From Promethearchaeota archaeon (GTDB lineage: Archaea > Asgardarchaeota > Lokiarchaeia > Sigyniarchaeales > SOKP01): 64,000 bases of DNA. Below the pieces are notes generated by a model, which saw only the letters and a program-made list of their open reading frames with translations, did not search any database and was not told the DNA's origin. Within the stretch, counting starts at the first letter, position 1; the number at the start of each line of letters is the position of its first letter. The DNA lies in NCBI GenBank assembly GCA_048941015.1, contig JBHLNZ010000001.1:64001-128000 (forward strand), read 5' to 3'. Made by a program: the position numbers and the translations under genes. Below, in pieces: positions 11,300-21,315 of the stretch.

Positions 11300-11803
11300 T
11301 TAATCCATGTATTTAACTAGTTCTTCAAAGGATTTTCTTGGTCTTGGTTTAGGTATTGAGCCTTTTGGATATCCTAGAGGCATTACTGTCATTAAATAAT
11401 CCTTTTCAGTAAGATTTAATAATTTATGTATGACATCACGGTTAAAAATTCCAATCCAACATGTTCCAATACCAAATGCCCATGCTGATAATGCTAATTG
11501 TAAAGTCACAAAACTTAAATCATGAATATACCAATCAGGTTGAATCTCTTTATTACCTACAACAGCAACCAGAACAGGTGCTTGAGACGCGAACGGGCCT
11601 GTTGTACATTCCATTACTATTTTTTGTATTAATTCTTTATTTCGGATTACAATAAAACTCCAAGGCTGTCTATTCACAGCACTAAAACACCATTTGGTGG
11701 CTTCAAATATGTCTTTCAATATATTTTCCTCAATTGGACGTTCATCATAACTTCGAATACTTCTTCGTGTTTTTAAAAGTTCTAATCCTGAAATTTCAGA
11801 CAT
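11300..11803 (-). CDS. Nitroreductase family protein
   Basis: RRSIRSY, SAVNRQPW, GIGTCWIG, LGYP, RPRK. Confidence 0.9.
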   Translation of the reverse strand: MSEISGLELLKTRRSIRSYDERPIEENILKDIFEATKWCFSAVNRQPWSFIVIRNKELIQKIVMECTTGPFASQAPVLVAVVGNKEIQPDWYIHDLSFVTLQLALSAWAFGIGTCWIGIFNRDVIHKLLNLTEKDYLMTVMPLGYPKGSIPKPRPRKSFEELVKYMD

Positions 11804-11992
11804 AATTTTATCAATTTTTATAATGTCAATTTAAATTCAAAGAATATCAAAAATAAAGAAAGATATCATTTAAACATTTACCGAATAATTAGATTGAGCT
11901 TTCTAACCCTACTTTTAAATGATTTATAGAAATAGTATATGGATCTACCTTCTTGTTAAATTTTAATAAACTGTTTTTTTGAAAAAAAAATT

Positions 11993-12898
11993 TTAATAAA
12001 TATTATTTCTATCATTTTCTAGGCATTCACGAACTTTTACTAGAAAGCTACGTTTATTATATTCTAATTCAGTTTCAGGAAAAGCTAATAGACTCCAGTA
12101 ATACGCGAGAATCTCTTCTGGATGCAGTCTATGTTGATTATTATAGGGATCAATTTCTTCACATAAATCATATAATGCTTGAGGGGCATTAATGAATTTA
12201 GGTTGACTATTTTTGTATACGGGATAACAGATACTGTCTTTCAATTGAATAGTAAGAAAGCAAAATCGGAAGTATCGAAAGAAATACCCACCTTTATATG
12301 GTTGTTCTGAATAAAGAAATGGAGCTGCTTTTGTTTCACTCCCATTAAAATCTCTGAATTCTACATAGCAATTTTTTTTAACTGTATCAGGATTAGTAAC
12401 ATATAATTCTCGATACTCTTCTGGCATTTTTAATTCGGGACATGAAGTAAACCCCAATTTGGCATACAGATTATTTCTAAATTTGGGATAAAATGTACTT
12501 ATTATATGAAAAAGTTCATGTGTGATTAATTCTTTTAATTCATTGTAAGGCCAGCGAATCATTGAATTTGGCATATAAATACAACTCTTTCTGGTATATG
12601 CAGCATCACCTTCATCTAATCCTGTAGTTTTTATTAGCAGAATCTCAGCTGGTAAGATCTTTTGATATTGCTTATAAGCATTTTCAATCTCTTCAAAAAT
12701 TTTTTCGATTCTATCTTTCTCAATTTGAGTCCAATCAATAGTTTGCTGGGACAGAAATGTGATTAAATCCTCTTTTGATACTTCTTCCGAAGTTCCTAAT
12801 CGGGATTGTAAATCAAATTTACTAAAATTAGCGATATAATCATCTTTTTGAGCAATTAGTTTCGAACCTGGAATACTATCAATTAATTTAACTTTCAA
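11993..12898 (-). CDS. Putative zincin-like metalloprotein (HExxH)
   Basis: AAYTR...LITHELFHI and downstream HPEEILA. Confidence 0.55.
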   Translation of the reverse strand: MKVKLIDSIPGSKLIAQKDDYIANFSKFDLQSRLGTSEEVSKEDLITFLSQQTIDWTQIEKDRIEKIFEEIENAYKQYQKILPAEILLIKTTGLDEGDAAYTRKSCIYMPNSMIRWPYNELKELITHELFHIISTFYPKFRNNLYAKLGFTSCPELKMPEEYRELYVTNPDTVKKNCYVEFRDFNGSETKAAPFLYSEQPYKGGYFFRYFRFCFLTIQLKDSICYPVYKNSQPKFINAPQALYDLCEEIDPYNNQHRLHPEEILAYYWSLLAFPETELEYNKRSFLVKVRECLENDRNNIY

Positions 12899-13081
12899 AT
12901 TGAAATCTCCCTCTTAAGTTAAAAACAGCTTAACTATCTAATTTTTGTCTTTTTTAAATTAGGATTGGGTGATTAAATTATTATTGAGCATAATATTTAA
13001 GAGGTTAGAGGCTACTAAATTTTAATATATTAAAAATGGCTAATTGAATTTATTGATCTTTTCTCTTAATGATAAAATTTA

Positions 13082-13155
13082 GGGGTGGTAGTCCAGCTTG
13101 GTAGGATTCTTGGTTCGGGATCAAGAGGTCGAGGGTTCAAGTCCCTCCTACCCCA
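13082..13155 (+). tRNA. tRNA-Pro (anticodon CGG), intronless, CCA not encoded
   Basis: Acceptor GGGGTGG/CTACCCC, D arm GTCC/GGAT, anticodon arm CTTGG-TTCGGGA-TCAAG, T arm GAGGG-TTCAAGT-CCCTC, discriminator A. Confidence 0.95.
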
Positions 13156-13185
13156 TTATAATGTTTTGTATCCTACACTTTTTAT

Positions 13186-15681
13186 TTATTCTAAAAACTC
13201 CTTAACTTCGATTATACTGTTCCTTGCTCTTTCTTTCCATTCATCCATATTCTCAAAATCACAGATACATCTCGCTGCGTGATCTAAGCCCTTCTCATAA
13301 CTCTCTTTTGCTTTTTCATACTCTTCAAGGGCTCTATAAGCATCTCCCATCTTGATAGCAGTTTGATAGCAGTACCATCCATTAGGCTCTATTTCCATAG
13401 CTTTCTGGAATTCTTGGATTGCTTGTTTGTATTTTCCAAACCATAACAAGATTTCACCATATGAATCATGATAATTTCCCTCATCAGGAGCAATTTCTAT
13501 TAATTTCTTACCGATCTCAATTGCTTCTTCTTTTTGGTTTAATTTTCCAAGTTCGTACAATTTACTATTGAAAAGTTCTGGATCAGAGGGTTCTTTTTCC
13601 AATAATTCATTAGTGATCTTTAGACTTTCACTATAATCTCCCATCCAATAGAGAAATGAAGACTTCTTTTGTAAAATCTTCTTTTCCTGATCTGGAAATT
13701 GTTTTAACAATTCATCCGTTAATCTAATTACCCCTTCAAAATCTTTTTCAAATTTCATTAATATTTTTATTTTCGAGAAATACAACCAAAGACTTTTTGG
13801 TTTTAAATTATTGATCTCATTTGTTTCTTCAAGCGCTTCTTGATATCTTTTTAATTCTTGTAATACAAAGCTCTTTAATTGATGGATAAGGGCTTTATTA
13901 GTATTATCAGTTTCTAATGAAATAGCTTTATCGGTAACGCTCAAGAAATCCTTATCTATATCCGACTTTCCTTTCTCAAAGTTATAAATTAAATTATATC
14001 CATGAACTAGTGCTTTTGCAAGATATGCTATTGAGTTTTTAGGGTGATCCTGTAGTAACTCATTAGCAACTCTTAATGCTTTCTTAAATTTACCTTGATT
14101 CAAATATATGAATGTAAAAATAAAAGAGCGACTTAGAGCTAACTGAGAATTAACAGAGACGATTGATTGATCAACTCCTTCTTTTAACAATTTTTCGGCT
14201 TCTTTATGTCTATTCAAATAGCAAAGAAGAATTGATTTAAGTATAATTAAATTTTGATTTTCTGCCTCCTTTTGTAGTTCTGATTCAGCTATCTCTAACG
14301 CTTCTTTTAGTTCCCAATCATCAATTAATTCCTGGATTTTGATGATTTGCTTATTCTCAGAAATATAAATCGATTCTAAAATACCTAAAATACTTGGATA
14401 TAAAAAGAAATAAGGATCACTATGATTTATTTGTAAATTTTCAAATTCGTTCATAAATTCTTGTATCGCAATTCCTCTGAGTTTATCATCTGTTTCGATC
14501 AATCTTCTTTGCTTTTCGATTTTATATGCTAAATGTTTGATATATTCTGGTAAAAATCTTTTTAACGCTTCTCTCATCTCTCCATTAAAAATATGATCAC
14601 AGATTTCATTTAATACTTGATTAACAACAATTGAGATATACATAACAGGAGGTTCACTAGAAGTATTATCGTAAAATTCATTTAAGTAAGTGAATTGTGT
14701 AATATAATCATCAACAATAGCTCTTAAAACTCTTTCAATTTTCTCACCAGCTTGGAAATAATAAGTACGCCCCTCATCATCTTCTAATTTGAAGAATTTA
14801 ATGGGAAATATTTTTTCGTCAATAATTTTCATGATAAAAAACTTCAATATCTCTTCTCTAATATTGAATTTTAGACAAAAGTCTTTAGCGGAAATGTAAT
14901 TAGGATACTGATTTGGATGATTAATTGCGATATATAATAAAATCTTGTTAAAATCTTCTTCAGCTATAAAGTTTTCAGATTTAGAATAATCTAATTTTAA
15001 TATATTGTTTAAAAGGCGAAACTTTATACCATTATCATCAATATTATACTTCTCAAAGAATTTACTCATTTTGTCAGTAATCTCTTTTACTCTTTTACGC
15101 TCTTCATCTAAAATAGATTGACGATCTAAATCGTACTCCTTTAAGATTTCAGCATAGGCAATCTTACCAGCATTAGCAATTCTATATTTATTATTCTCTT
15201 TTTTTATCAATCCATCCTCTTGTAAAAAATTCAAATTCTTCGATAATGAAGAATTGTTAATAAAAATTGGATTATCATCTCCTTGAAAATCCGACCATTT
15301 GCAATAATTATTATTATAGCATATCCATAAAATCCAATGGTAATAATTACGTCTTTTTAAGATAGTTTTTGGAGGATAACTTAATTTACGTTTAATTTTT
15401 CTCGATTTTGATAACTGTCTAAACCTTTCTTCACCCTCAGGGGTAATCTGATACTTTCCTCGTTCCTCATTGATGATAAATCCTTTATTTATTAACTTGT
15501 TTCTATAATTTGAGAATGTACTTTGACTAATATTAATTGGATCGTCTAGAAAGTCTGACCATTCACATTCCTCGTTATTAGATAACATCCAAAGAATAAT
15601 ATGTTCATAGTTTTTTCTTTCTGCATCCAGGATTTCTTTTGGTGGATAATTGGTTATTGCTGTTTTACTCACAAAAATCAC
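13186..15681 (-). CDS. Tandem winged-helix plus C-terminal TPR protein (putative regulator)
   Basis: Two internal repeats (YPPK..IL..RxNY..IILW...NN..C.WSDF...S.S.LS.....L...G.I.....Y.I...G); several TPRs in the C-terminal half. Confidence 0.75.
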   Translation of the reverse strand: MIFVSKTAITNYPPKEILDAERKNYEHIILWMLSNNEECEWSDFLDDPINISQSTFSNYRNKLINKGFIINEERGKYQITPEGEERFRQLSKSRKIKRKLSYPPKTILKRRNYYHWILWICYNNNYCKWSDFQGDDNPIFINNSSLSKNLNFLQEDGLIKKENNKYRIANAGKIAYAEILKEYDLDRQSILDEERKRVKEITDKMSKFFEKYNIDDNGIKFRLLNNILKLDYSKSENFIAEEDFNKILLYIAINHPNQYPNYISAKDFCLKFNIREEILKFFIMKIIDEKIFPIKFFKLEDDEGRTYYFQAGEKIERVLRAIVDDYITQFTYLNEFYDNTSSEPPVMYISIVVNQVLNEICDHIFNGEMREALKRFLPEYIKHLAYKIEKQRRLIETDDKLRGIAIQEFMNEFENLQINHSDPYFFLYPSILGILESIYISENKQIIKIQELIDDWELKEALEIAESELQKEAENQNLIILKSILLCYLNRHKEAEKLLKEGVDQSIVSVNSQLALSRSFIFTFIYLNQGKFKKALRVANELLQDHPKNSIAYLAKALVHGYNLIYNFEKGKSDIDKDFLSVTDKAISLETDNTNKALIHQLKSFVLQELKRYQEALEETNEINNLKPKSLWLYFSKIKILMKFEKDFEGVIRLTDELLKQFPDQEKKILQKKSSFLYWMGDYSESLKITNELLEKEPSDPELFNSKLYELGKLNQKEEAIEIGKKLIEIAPDEGNYHDSYGEILLWFGKYKQAIQEFQKAMEIEPNGWYCYQTAIKMGDAYRALEEYEKAKESYEKGLDHAARCICDFENMDEWKERARNSIIEVKEFLE

Positions 15682-15752
15682 AATTAGTTCTTTAATACCG
15701 TTATAATATAATTATTGAAACTACAATTTAAAGTTACTTATACAAAATCTAA

Positions 15753-15798
15753 TAATGAACTTTCATTAAACTACATAGTTCATCTGAACTATATGTAG
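15753..15798. promoter_or_regulatory. Two adjacent palindromes in a divergent promoter (candidate operators)
   Basis: TAATGAA-CT-TTCATTA (15753-15768) and ATAGTTCA-TC-TGAACTAT (15775-15792). Confidence 0.5.
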
Positions 15799-15856
15799 AA
15801 TAACTATAAATCGAAGTATATCTTATAATTAATTAAGAAAAAAAAAGTGATTAAAA

Positions 15857-16132
15857 ATGGTAGAAGCAAACTTAAACGGATTAGAAACAAAGAATAATAT
15901 TAATTGTGTAGATATCGAAAAGATAATCAAAGAATGTGTTTCAGAACTACAAGAAGAGAAGGCTAAAGTCTCAGTGATAAAAGATAATAATAAGAGTCGC
16001 TTGGATTCAAAATCAAGATCACTTAGAAGGCAATTAAATAAAAGTAAACATAATAATAAATACATTAACGAATTAAAAAATATAAAATATGTGAAGAGCC
16101 AGGTTCATTACAGGAATTTTGGCACCTATTAA
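15857..16132 (+). CDS. Small basic hypothetical protein
   Basis: 91-aa ORF, ATG preceded by GTGA; divergent from the wHTH-TPR gene. Confidence 0.6.
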   Translation: MVEANLNGLETKNNINCVDIEKIIKECVSELQEEKAKVSVIKDNNKSRLDSKSRSLRRQLNKSKHNNKYINELKNIKYVKSQVHYRNFGTY

Positions 16133-16176
16133 TAAATCAAAAATAAAAATAAAAAAATGAAAGAGATGGAAACAAA

Positions 16177-16245
16177 ATGAAAAAATTTGAACGAATAATT
16201 ATGATAAAGAACGCAGGGTATAATACACAATATTTCAGATTCTAA
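16177..16245 (+). CDS. Candidate 22-aa peptide MKKFERIIMIKNAGYNTQYFRF
   Basis: Hand-translated; purine-rich GAGATGG upstream; followed by a T-run; C-terminus loosely resembles that of the 91-aa ORF. Confidence 0.4.
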   Translation: MKKFERIIMIKNAGYNTQYFRF

Positions 16246-16320
16246 ATTAAATTTTTTTTCTAATATTTTTATTAAATTTATTCTCCAATTTGTGTAAAAC
16301 TTTCCAATCGATCACTTAAT

Positions 16321-16378
16321 AGGATGATACGCACATACCTGGGCAGAGAAGAATGAATGCTCAGGGGCGTATCATCTT
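16321..16378 (+). other. GC-rich two-stem hairpin (structured RNA candidate)
   Basis: AGGATGATACGC/GCGTATCATCTT outer stem and CCTGGGCA/TGCTCAGG inner stem, each with one G-U pair on the + strand. Confidence 0.55.
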
Positions 16379-16504
16379 ACAAAACTTTGTAAATGTTTCC
16401 CTTAATATTTGTAGTAGAAATTTTCTAATTTTTTTCCGGAAAAGAAGAAATTTATAAATAGAAGGGAAGTATAGTTATTCATTAGAAATCATACGTAGAA
16501 GATC

Positions 16505-17086
16505 ATGAAAATAGATCAGAAACTTCTTCTAATATCAGCAGTTGTAACTGTTTTTACGATTATCTTTCTCCCTTTGTTTTTATGGGGTGAACCTAAACAT
16601 GGGGAGCTAATCCTGATGCCCCAGTTTTTTGGATGGGGCCCAAATTTCTTTTTTAATTTTTTTAGTCAAGCTCCATTGGAATTTTCTTGGTTAGTCGAAT
16701 ATGTAGGAACTGGAGAAGCAATCTTATATCTCATTTTGGTTGTTTTTTTTGGTATCTTCCTTTTTTCATGGATACTTCAATTGATTGGTATTATAAGCAA
16801 GAAAGGGGCAAAAATAATAGGTACTTTTGGTTCTATAATAGTATTGATTGCTGGGATTCTATTTTTACTTTTCGAAATTCATATCCCCATTAGTGAAATC
16901 GTTGACCTAAATCAAATGGGACAATTTCTATTTAGGCATCAAATAATACCATATGTGTACCCCCCAATTCCTTTCCCAATTAGAATTTTGAAAATTTCTC
17001 TAGGGATCTATACTTTGCTTGGTAGTGGAATAGTTGGATTTATAGCATTCGAAAGATTTATAGCATTCAGAAAGATCTATACTTGA
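16505..17086 (+). CDS. Hypothetical membrane protein
   Basis: About 4 TM segments. Confidence 0.7.
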   Translation: MKIDQKLLLISAVVTVFTIIFLPLFLWGEPKHGELILMPQFFGWGPNFFFNFFSQAPLEFSWLVEYVGTGEAILYLILVVFFGIFLFSWILQLIGIISKKGAKIIGTFGSIIVLIAGILFLLFEIHIPISEIVDLNQMGQFLFRHQIIPYVYPPIPFPIRILKISLGIYTLLGSGIVGFIAFERFIAFRKIYT

Positions 17087-17335
17087 AGTAAAAAGAATAT
17101 AAATATCTCTTCTTATATCAAAGAAAAATATGGATTATTACCTTAAAAAAAGAATTTTTTTAAAAGTATTGGGGATGAAGAAAGGTGGAAAAAACTGAAT
17201 TCTTAAATTTAGCAATGCTAACTAATTTCGTTCTTACGGGATATATTACTTTATTTTGCTAAAATTTAAAAATTTCTAATTTATTATTCATTGAGGAGAA
17301 AGCTAATCAATTTTCGTAAAACGAAATTGTAATTT

Positions 17336-18754
17336 TTGATGGCAATGGTCTATTTTCAAGTTAGTCGAATTGGGTTTAATTGCGGACGTGAAAAAGAAAA
17401 TTGCAGTTCTTATCCAGATCACTGTAGAGAATGTATTACATCATATTTTGTAAATGTTGGTATTGATGTTAGCCAACATATGAAATTTTCCGAAATAGAT
17501 TCTGAAGAGAAACGAATTCAGATGCAGCAAACCTTAATTTGGCACAAATTTTTAGACGTATTAAATATCAAGCATATAATTTTATTAACTAAAGAATCCG
17601 GTCTCCTAATAGTAGATTATCCTGTATCAAGTGAAGGTTTAAATATAGAGTTATTAATAGGTTTTATACAAGCAAACATCTCATTTTCAACTTCTAAAAC
17701 ATCTTTAGAAACAGGGGCAATAAGGGGTGATACAGGGAATGCTAAATCAAGTGCAATGAAGAAACATAAGTTTTATGAGTTTCAATATGAAACATTTGAT
17801 ATCCTTTTGAAGAGTGGCAATTATATTAGAGTATGTTTGGTATTAGATCAGAAAGCCTCACCTGGTCTAAAGGATCGTGTATCTAAATTTTTGCATGAGT
17901 ATGAATTGTCATATCAGAAGAAGATTGAAGATTTACTAACAAACGGATTACACAATTTTAATGACACAGTCCATTTTATCATTGAAGCCTTCAATATTAA
18001 GCTTCTTTTTCCCATGATTCTTACTTATACCTTATTACCAAGCGATTTAGATGAAATCAATAAAAATCCAATCCAAAAAGCTATAATTGATTTTGCTAAT
18101 GAACTCTTAATATCCAAAAAGTTCTTTTTCATTCATAATCTTCTTAATAGAGTTCAATCTGTCCTTAATTCAAAGCCTCACATTATACTTTATGAGATAT
18201 ATCAATTTTTAGAGAAGAACATCATCATTCCTTCTAATCTTGAAGTGGTTGAGAATGAAGTAAGAATATTTCAAGAAGTTCGCGCGAAACGAATTGCTGA
18301 TAATGAACTGATATCACCCATAATAGCAAACGATGACGCGATAAACGATTTGAAAGAAAAAGTACGTACAATGAATGTCGAAGAAGCTAAAAAGTTGATG
18401 AATACGTATATTAAAAAAGGAGAGACTGCGGAAAAAGCACTAGTTTTTAAAGAAGCTCAAAAGGAATATGAGAAAGCACTATATTTAGCAACAGGATTTA
18501 ACCTTGAGTTAGAAATTGGCAGAATCTCATTCATGGTGCTCGAACTTGACAAAAAGATTAAAACTCTCGAAATTAGTAATGCATTAGAAATGGGAGAAAA
18601 AGCAGAGAAGAGAAAGGATTATGTCAATGCAATCCAACATTTCCAGCAAGCAATCGCCTATTTAAGCGATAATGGATTGATAAATGTAAATGGGAATGAA
18701 GCAAAAGTTAGGAAGCTAAAAAAGCGAATATTATCCCTCCAAAAACAACTCTAA
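17336..18754 (+). CDS. Multidomain protein: Cys-rich N-terminus, longin/roadblock-like domain, C-terminal TPR/MIT-like helices
   Basis: C..C..C..C N-terminus; HIILLTKESGLLIVDY...LLIGFIQA; AEKA..FKEAQKEYEKAL and AEKRKDYVNAIQHFQQAI repeats. Confidence 0.6.
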   Translation: MMAMVYFQVSRIGFNCGREKENCSSYPDHCRECITSYFVNVGIDVSQHMKFSEIDSEEKRIQMQQTLIWHKFLDVLNIKHIILLTKESGLLIVDYPVSSEGLNIELLIGFIQANISFSTSKTSLETGAIRGDTGNAKSSAMKKHKFYEFQYETFDILLKSGNYIRVCLVLDQKASPGLKDRVSKFLHEYELSYQKKIEDLLTNGLHNFNDTVHFIIEAFNIKLLFPMILTYTLLPSDLDEINKNPIQKAIIDFANELLISKKFFFIHNLLNRVQSVLNSKPHIILYEIYQFLEKNIIIPSNLEVVENEVRIFQEVRAKRIADNELISPIIANDDAINDLKEKVRTMNVEEAKKLMNTYIKKGETAEKALVFKEAQKEYEKALYLATGFNLELEIGRISFMVLELDKKIKTLEISNALEMGEKAEKRKDYVNAIQHFQQAIAYLSDNGLINVNGNEAKVRKLKKRILSLQKQL

Positions 18755-19387
18755 AATTGTGAACTATTAAAACATACTTTCGTTCCCAGATTTATCCGTA
18801 AAAATATAATCAAAACAATTCCATCTATCTATTTTAAATTTCTAATCTTTAATTACAAGCTTGTAATATCCATGTCTCTCTTGTCTTTGTTCTAGATTTT
18901 AACTCCTCAAGTATATATTTCGGAACTTTGCTAAGCCATTTTCTAGAACTGACTTTTATAGGAGGAACTTCAATTTTTTTATAGATCTCAAAACCACAAT
19001 CTGCAAAGATTGTGAGGTAAGTCGGTATCAGTCCAAATATATTATTTAAAAAAAGAAATAAAATTTCAAAACGAATCATTAATTAATGAAATATTGAACT
19101 TGAAAATGATGATATTATGGATGATAAGAATTATACAGATAATGAACTAGAAGAAGAATTAGATAAAGCTTTTAAAGCTGAAAAGAAACCAAATGTATTT
19201 AAAATTATTAGAAATGAAAAAACTGCTTTAGATGGGAAAGAAAAGAGATTAAAAGCAAAAATTAAACCTAAAAAACAATGAGATAAAACAGATAAATTTT
19301 GCTATTTAAATTGCAAAATTGGTTAAAATTTTATGTGGTTTGAATCTTTGACTAGTTTTAATTTAAAAAAAAAATTAAAGTTTGAGA

Positions 19388-20134
19388 TTAGAGTCCTAAT
19401 AAAGAACTCATGCTTTTAACAATTGTATCTATTTCAGAATCAAACACTTTAACTTGATTAAAAAAAACGTTATTTACTTGAATTAATTGCTTTATCACGT
19501 ATTCTGGTGATTGAGTGATCTGGTTAGCCAGATTAACCGCTTCATTTAATACTTCTCCTTTTTCAACTAATTTATTGACAATATTTAATTTATAGGCTTC
19601 CTCAGCATTAAGAAATGTTTCCTTGGTTGCTGTATTTAATGTAATTTCAAGTGCTTTCCCACGACCTACAAGAGTCATATACGGGAAGAATAGAGGACAA
19701 GCTCCGAATCTTATTTCTGGATGTCCAAAAAGAGCTCCTTTTGAAGCAACCCGAAGATGGCAAATAACCATAAGATCAAAAGCTCCTGCAAGAGCGTATC
19801 CATTCACAGCAGCAATCAGTAATTTGGGGAATTCAAAAATTCTCTGATGAAAAAGGTGATTAGAATCAATAAATTTCTGATAATCCCCTTTTCCTTGGAC
19901 AACGGCTTGTACTTCATCTCTGTCAAACCCAGCGGAAAAAAATTCTTCTCCACCATAAAAAATAACCGCTTTAACTCTTTTTTCGTCCTTAAGAGAATTT
20001 AGAGAGTCTATAATTTCTGCCCTCATTTCTTCACTTAAAGCATTTTTCTTCTCAGGGCGATTAAACTTAATTATTGCTCTTTTGCCCTTTTTCTCAACAT
20101 TAATAAATTTATATTTTCGTTCCATATTTTCCAA
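19388..20134 (-). CDS. Enoyl-CoA hydratase/isomerase family
   Basis: NRPEKKNALS, FSAGFD, IAAVNGYALAG, FGHPEIRFG. Confidence 0.9.
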   Translation of the reverse strand: MENMERKYKFINVEKKGKRAIIKFNRPEKKNALSEEMRAEIIDSLNSLKDEKRVKAVIFYGGEEFFSAGFDRDEVQAVVQGKGDYQKFIDSNHLFHQRIFEFPKLLIAAVNGYALAGAFDLMVICHLRVASKGALFGHPEIRFGACPLFFPYMTLVGRGKALEITLNTATKETFLNAEEAYKLNIVNKLVEKGEVLNEAVNLANQITQSPEYVIKQLIQVNNVFFNQVKVFDSEIDTIVKSMSSLLGL

Positions 20135-20564
20135 CTCAAGATATATTAAATTGAATTATTTAAGAATTAGATACTTATACTTAAATTTCTTATACTTATA
20201 TCAACAGAGACTTAATAAACTAACAAAAATCAAATTCAATATCATTTTAAAGCATTTATGGAAGGTGAATTGAAAGAAAATGCTATTGTAGATCCAACTT
20301 ATAGCGCTTTGGATAAGATTTTTTTAAGTGAATAATGCCTGATATAACTATTCAAGACTTACCCTATTCTGAAAATATAAGTGTCTATATTAATGTTTCT
20401 GAGACTTGTTTTAATTTATTTCTCTCGCAAAAATTTTATATATAGGCAATTAATTCTAATCATCAACAAATTTTAAGAAGTTATAATAAATTTAGTAAAT
20501 GTTTAAATAAACTAAATTTCTACATATATGTGGCTTTATACAAAAATGAAAATTAAAATTAGAT

Positions 20565-20744
20565 GTGATCTATATAAGGCTTAAAGTATGCTTCAAATGT
20601 CGTGAATACATAACTCTTCTTGCTGATGATTTTCTTAATAATAAAAACATAGCACAGTTTGATTCAGTACATTCTGGTCATCCTGTTCAGATTGTAAATA
20701 AAGAAGAGTTAGAGGATATAACACAATGGAAAAAATCTTTCTAG
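20565..20744 (+). CDS. Small CxxC...HxxH putative zinc-binding protein (59 aa)
   Basis: Hand-translated MIYIRLKVCFKCREYI...FDSVHSGHPVQIVNKEEL...; missed by the 60-aa cutoff. Confidence 0.65.
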   Translation: MIYIRLKVCFKCREYITLLADDFLNNKNIAQFDSVHSGHPVQIVNKEELEDITQWKKSF

Positions 20745-20850
20745 ATTGAATTATTTAAGCCAAAAGAACGAATCTACCTAATTAATATAAATATAATTTA
20801 AAATCAACTTTTTCTACAAATAAAAAATCTTTCTAAAAATAAATAAGAAA

Positions 20851-20907
20851 TATTTATAAGTTATTTTAAACTAATTCGATATAGAACTATTTAGTTCGAT
20901 TTCGAAC
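20851..20907 (+). promoter_or_regulatory. TATA box plus tandem palindromic operators, probably for the MarR regulator of this operon
   Basis: TTTATAA near 20853; ATTCGATATAGAAC (20874-20887) and perfect GTTCGA-TT-TCGAAC (20894-20907), 20 bp apart. Confidence 0.6.
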
Positions 20908-20936
20908 CTTTTAAAAAAAAAAGGAGTAAACAAATT

Positions 20937-21281
20937 ATGGATGAAATGATTGTATATTGTGGTATTAATTGCATGGAATGCCCTGCTTATATTGCTACCC
21001 AAAGAGATAATAGAAAAGAAATTGAGAAAGTTGCTAAAGATTGGTCAAATGAAACAATGTCTTTTACTCCAGATGAGATATATTGTGATGGGTGTAATGC
21101 AAATGGAAGGATCTTTAGTTGGTGTGAGAAATGTGATATAAGGAATTGTTGTAGAGCAAAAGGATTTATGAATTGCGCGTATTGCGATGAATATATCTGT
21201 GATAAATTAAAAATTATGTTTGAAAAGACGCAATCTGCGAAAGATAATTTGGAAAAAATTCGAAAGGCAATAAAAAAATAA
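20937..21281 (+). CDS. DUF3795-like Cys-rich protein
   Basis: YCGINCMECPAY, CDGC, CDIRNCC, CAYCDEYIC. Confidence 0.8.
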   Translation: MDEMIVYCGINCMECPAYIATQRDNRKEIEKVAKDWSNETMSFTPDEIYCDGCNANGRIFSWCEKCDIRNCCRAKGFMNCAYCDEYICDKLKIMFEKTQSAKDNLEKIRKAIKK

Positions 21282-21315
21282 AATTATTTAAAAAATAGAA
21301 AATTGTGAAAGGAAG

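Noticed and set aside
13082-13185. tRNA-Pro as an integration site for an island
   Set aside because: No integrase and no duplicated tRNA 3' end seen in the window.
13085-13282. 65-aa ORF overlapping the tRNA
   Set aside because: Spurious translation of tRNA-Pro, and antisense to the TPR gene.
16321-16378. SECIS element
   Set aside because: The AUGA is fully Watson-Crick paired with no tandem G-A core, and I saw no convincing in-frame UGA selenoprotein nearby.
18849-19281. 76-aa minus ORF and a 54-aa plus ORF (19117-19281)
   Set aside because: They look like gene remnants without clear starts or motifs; no product call can be supported.
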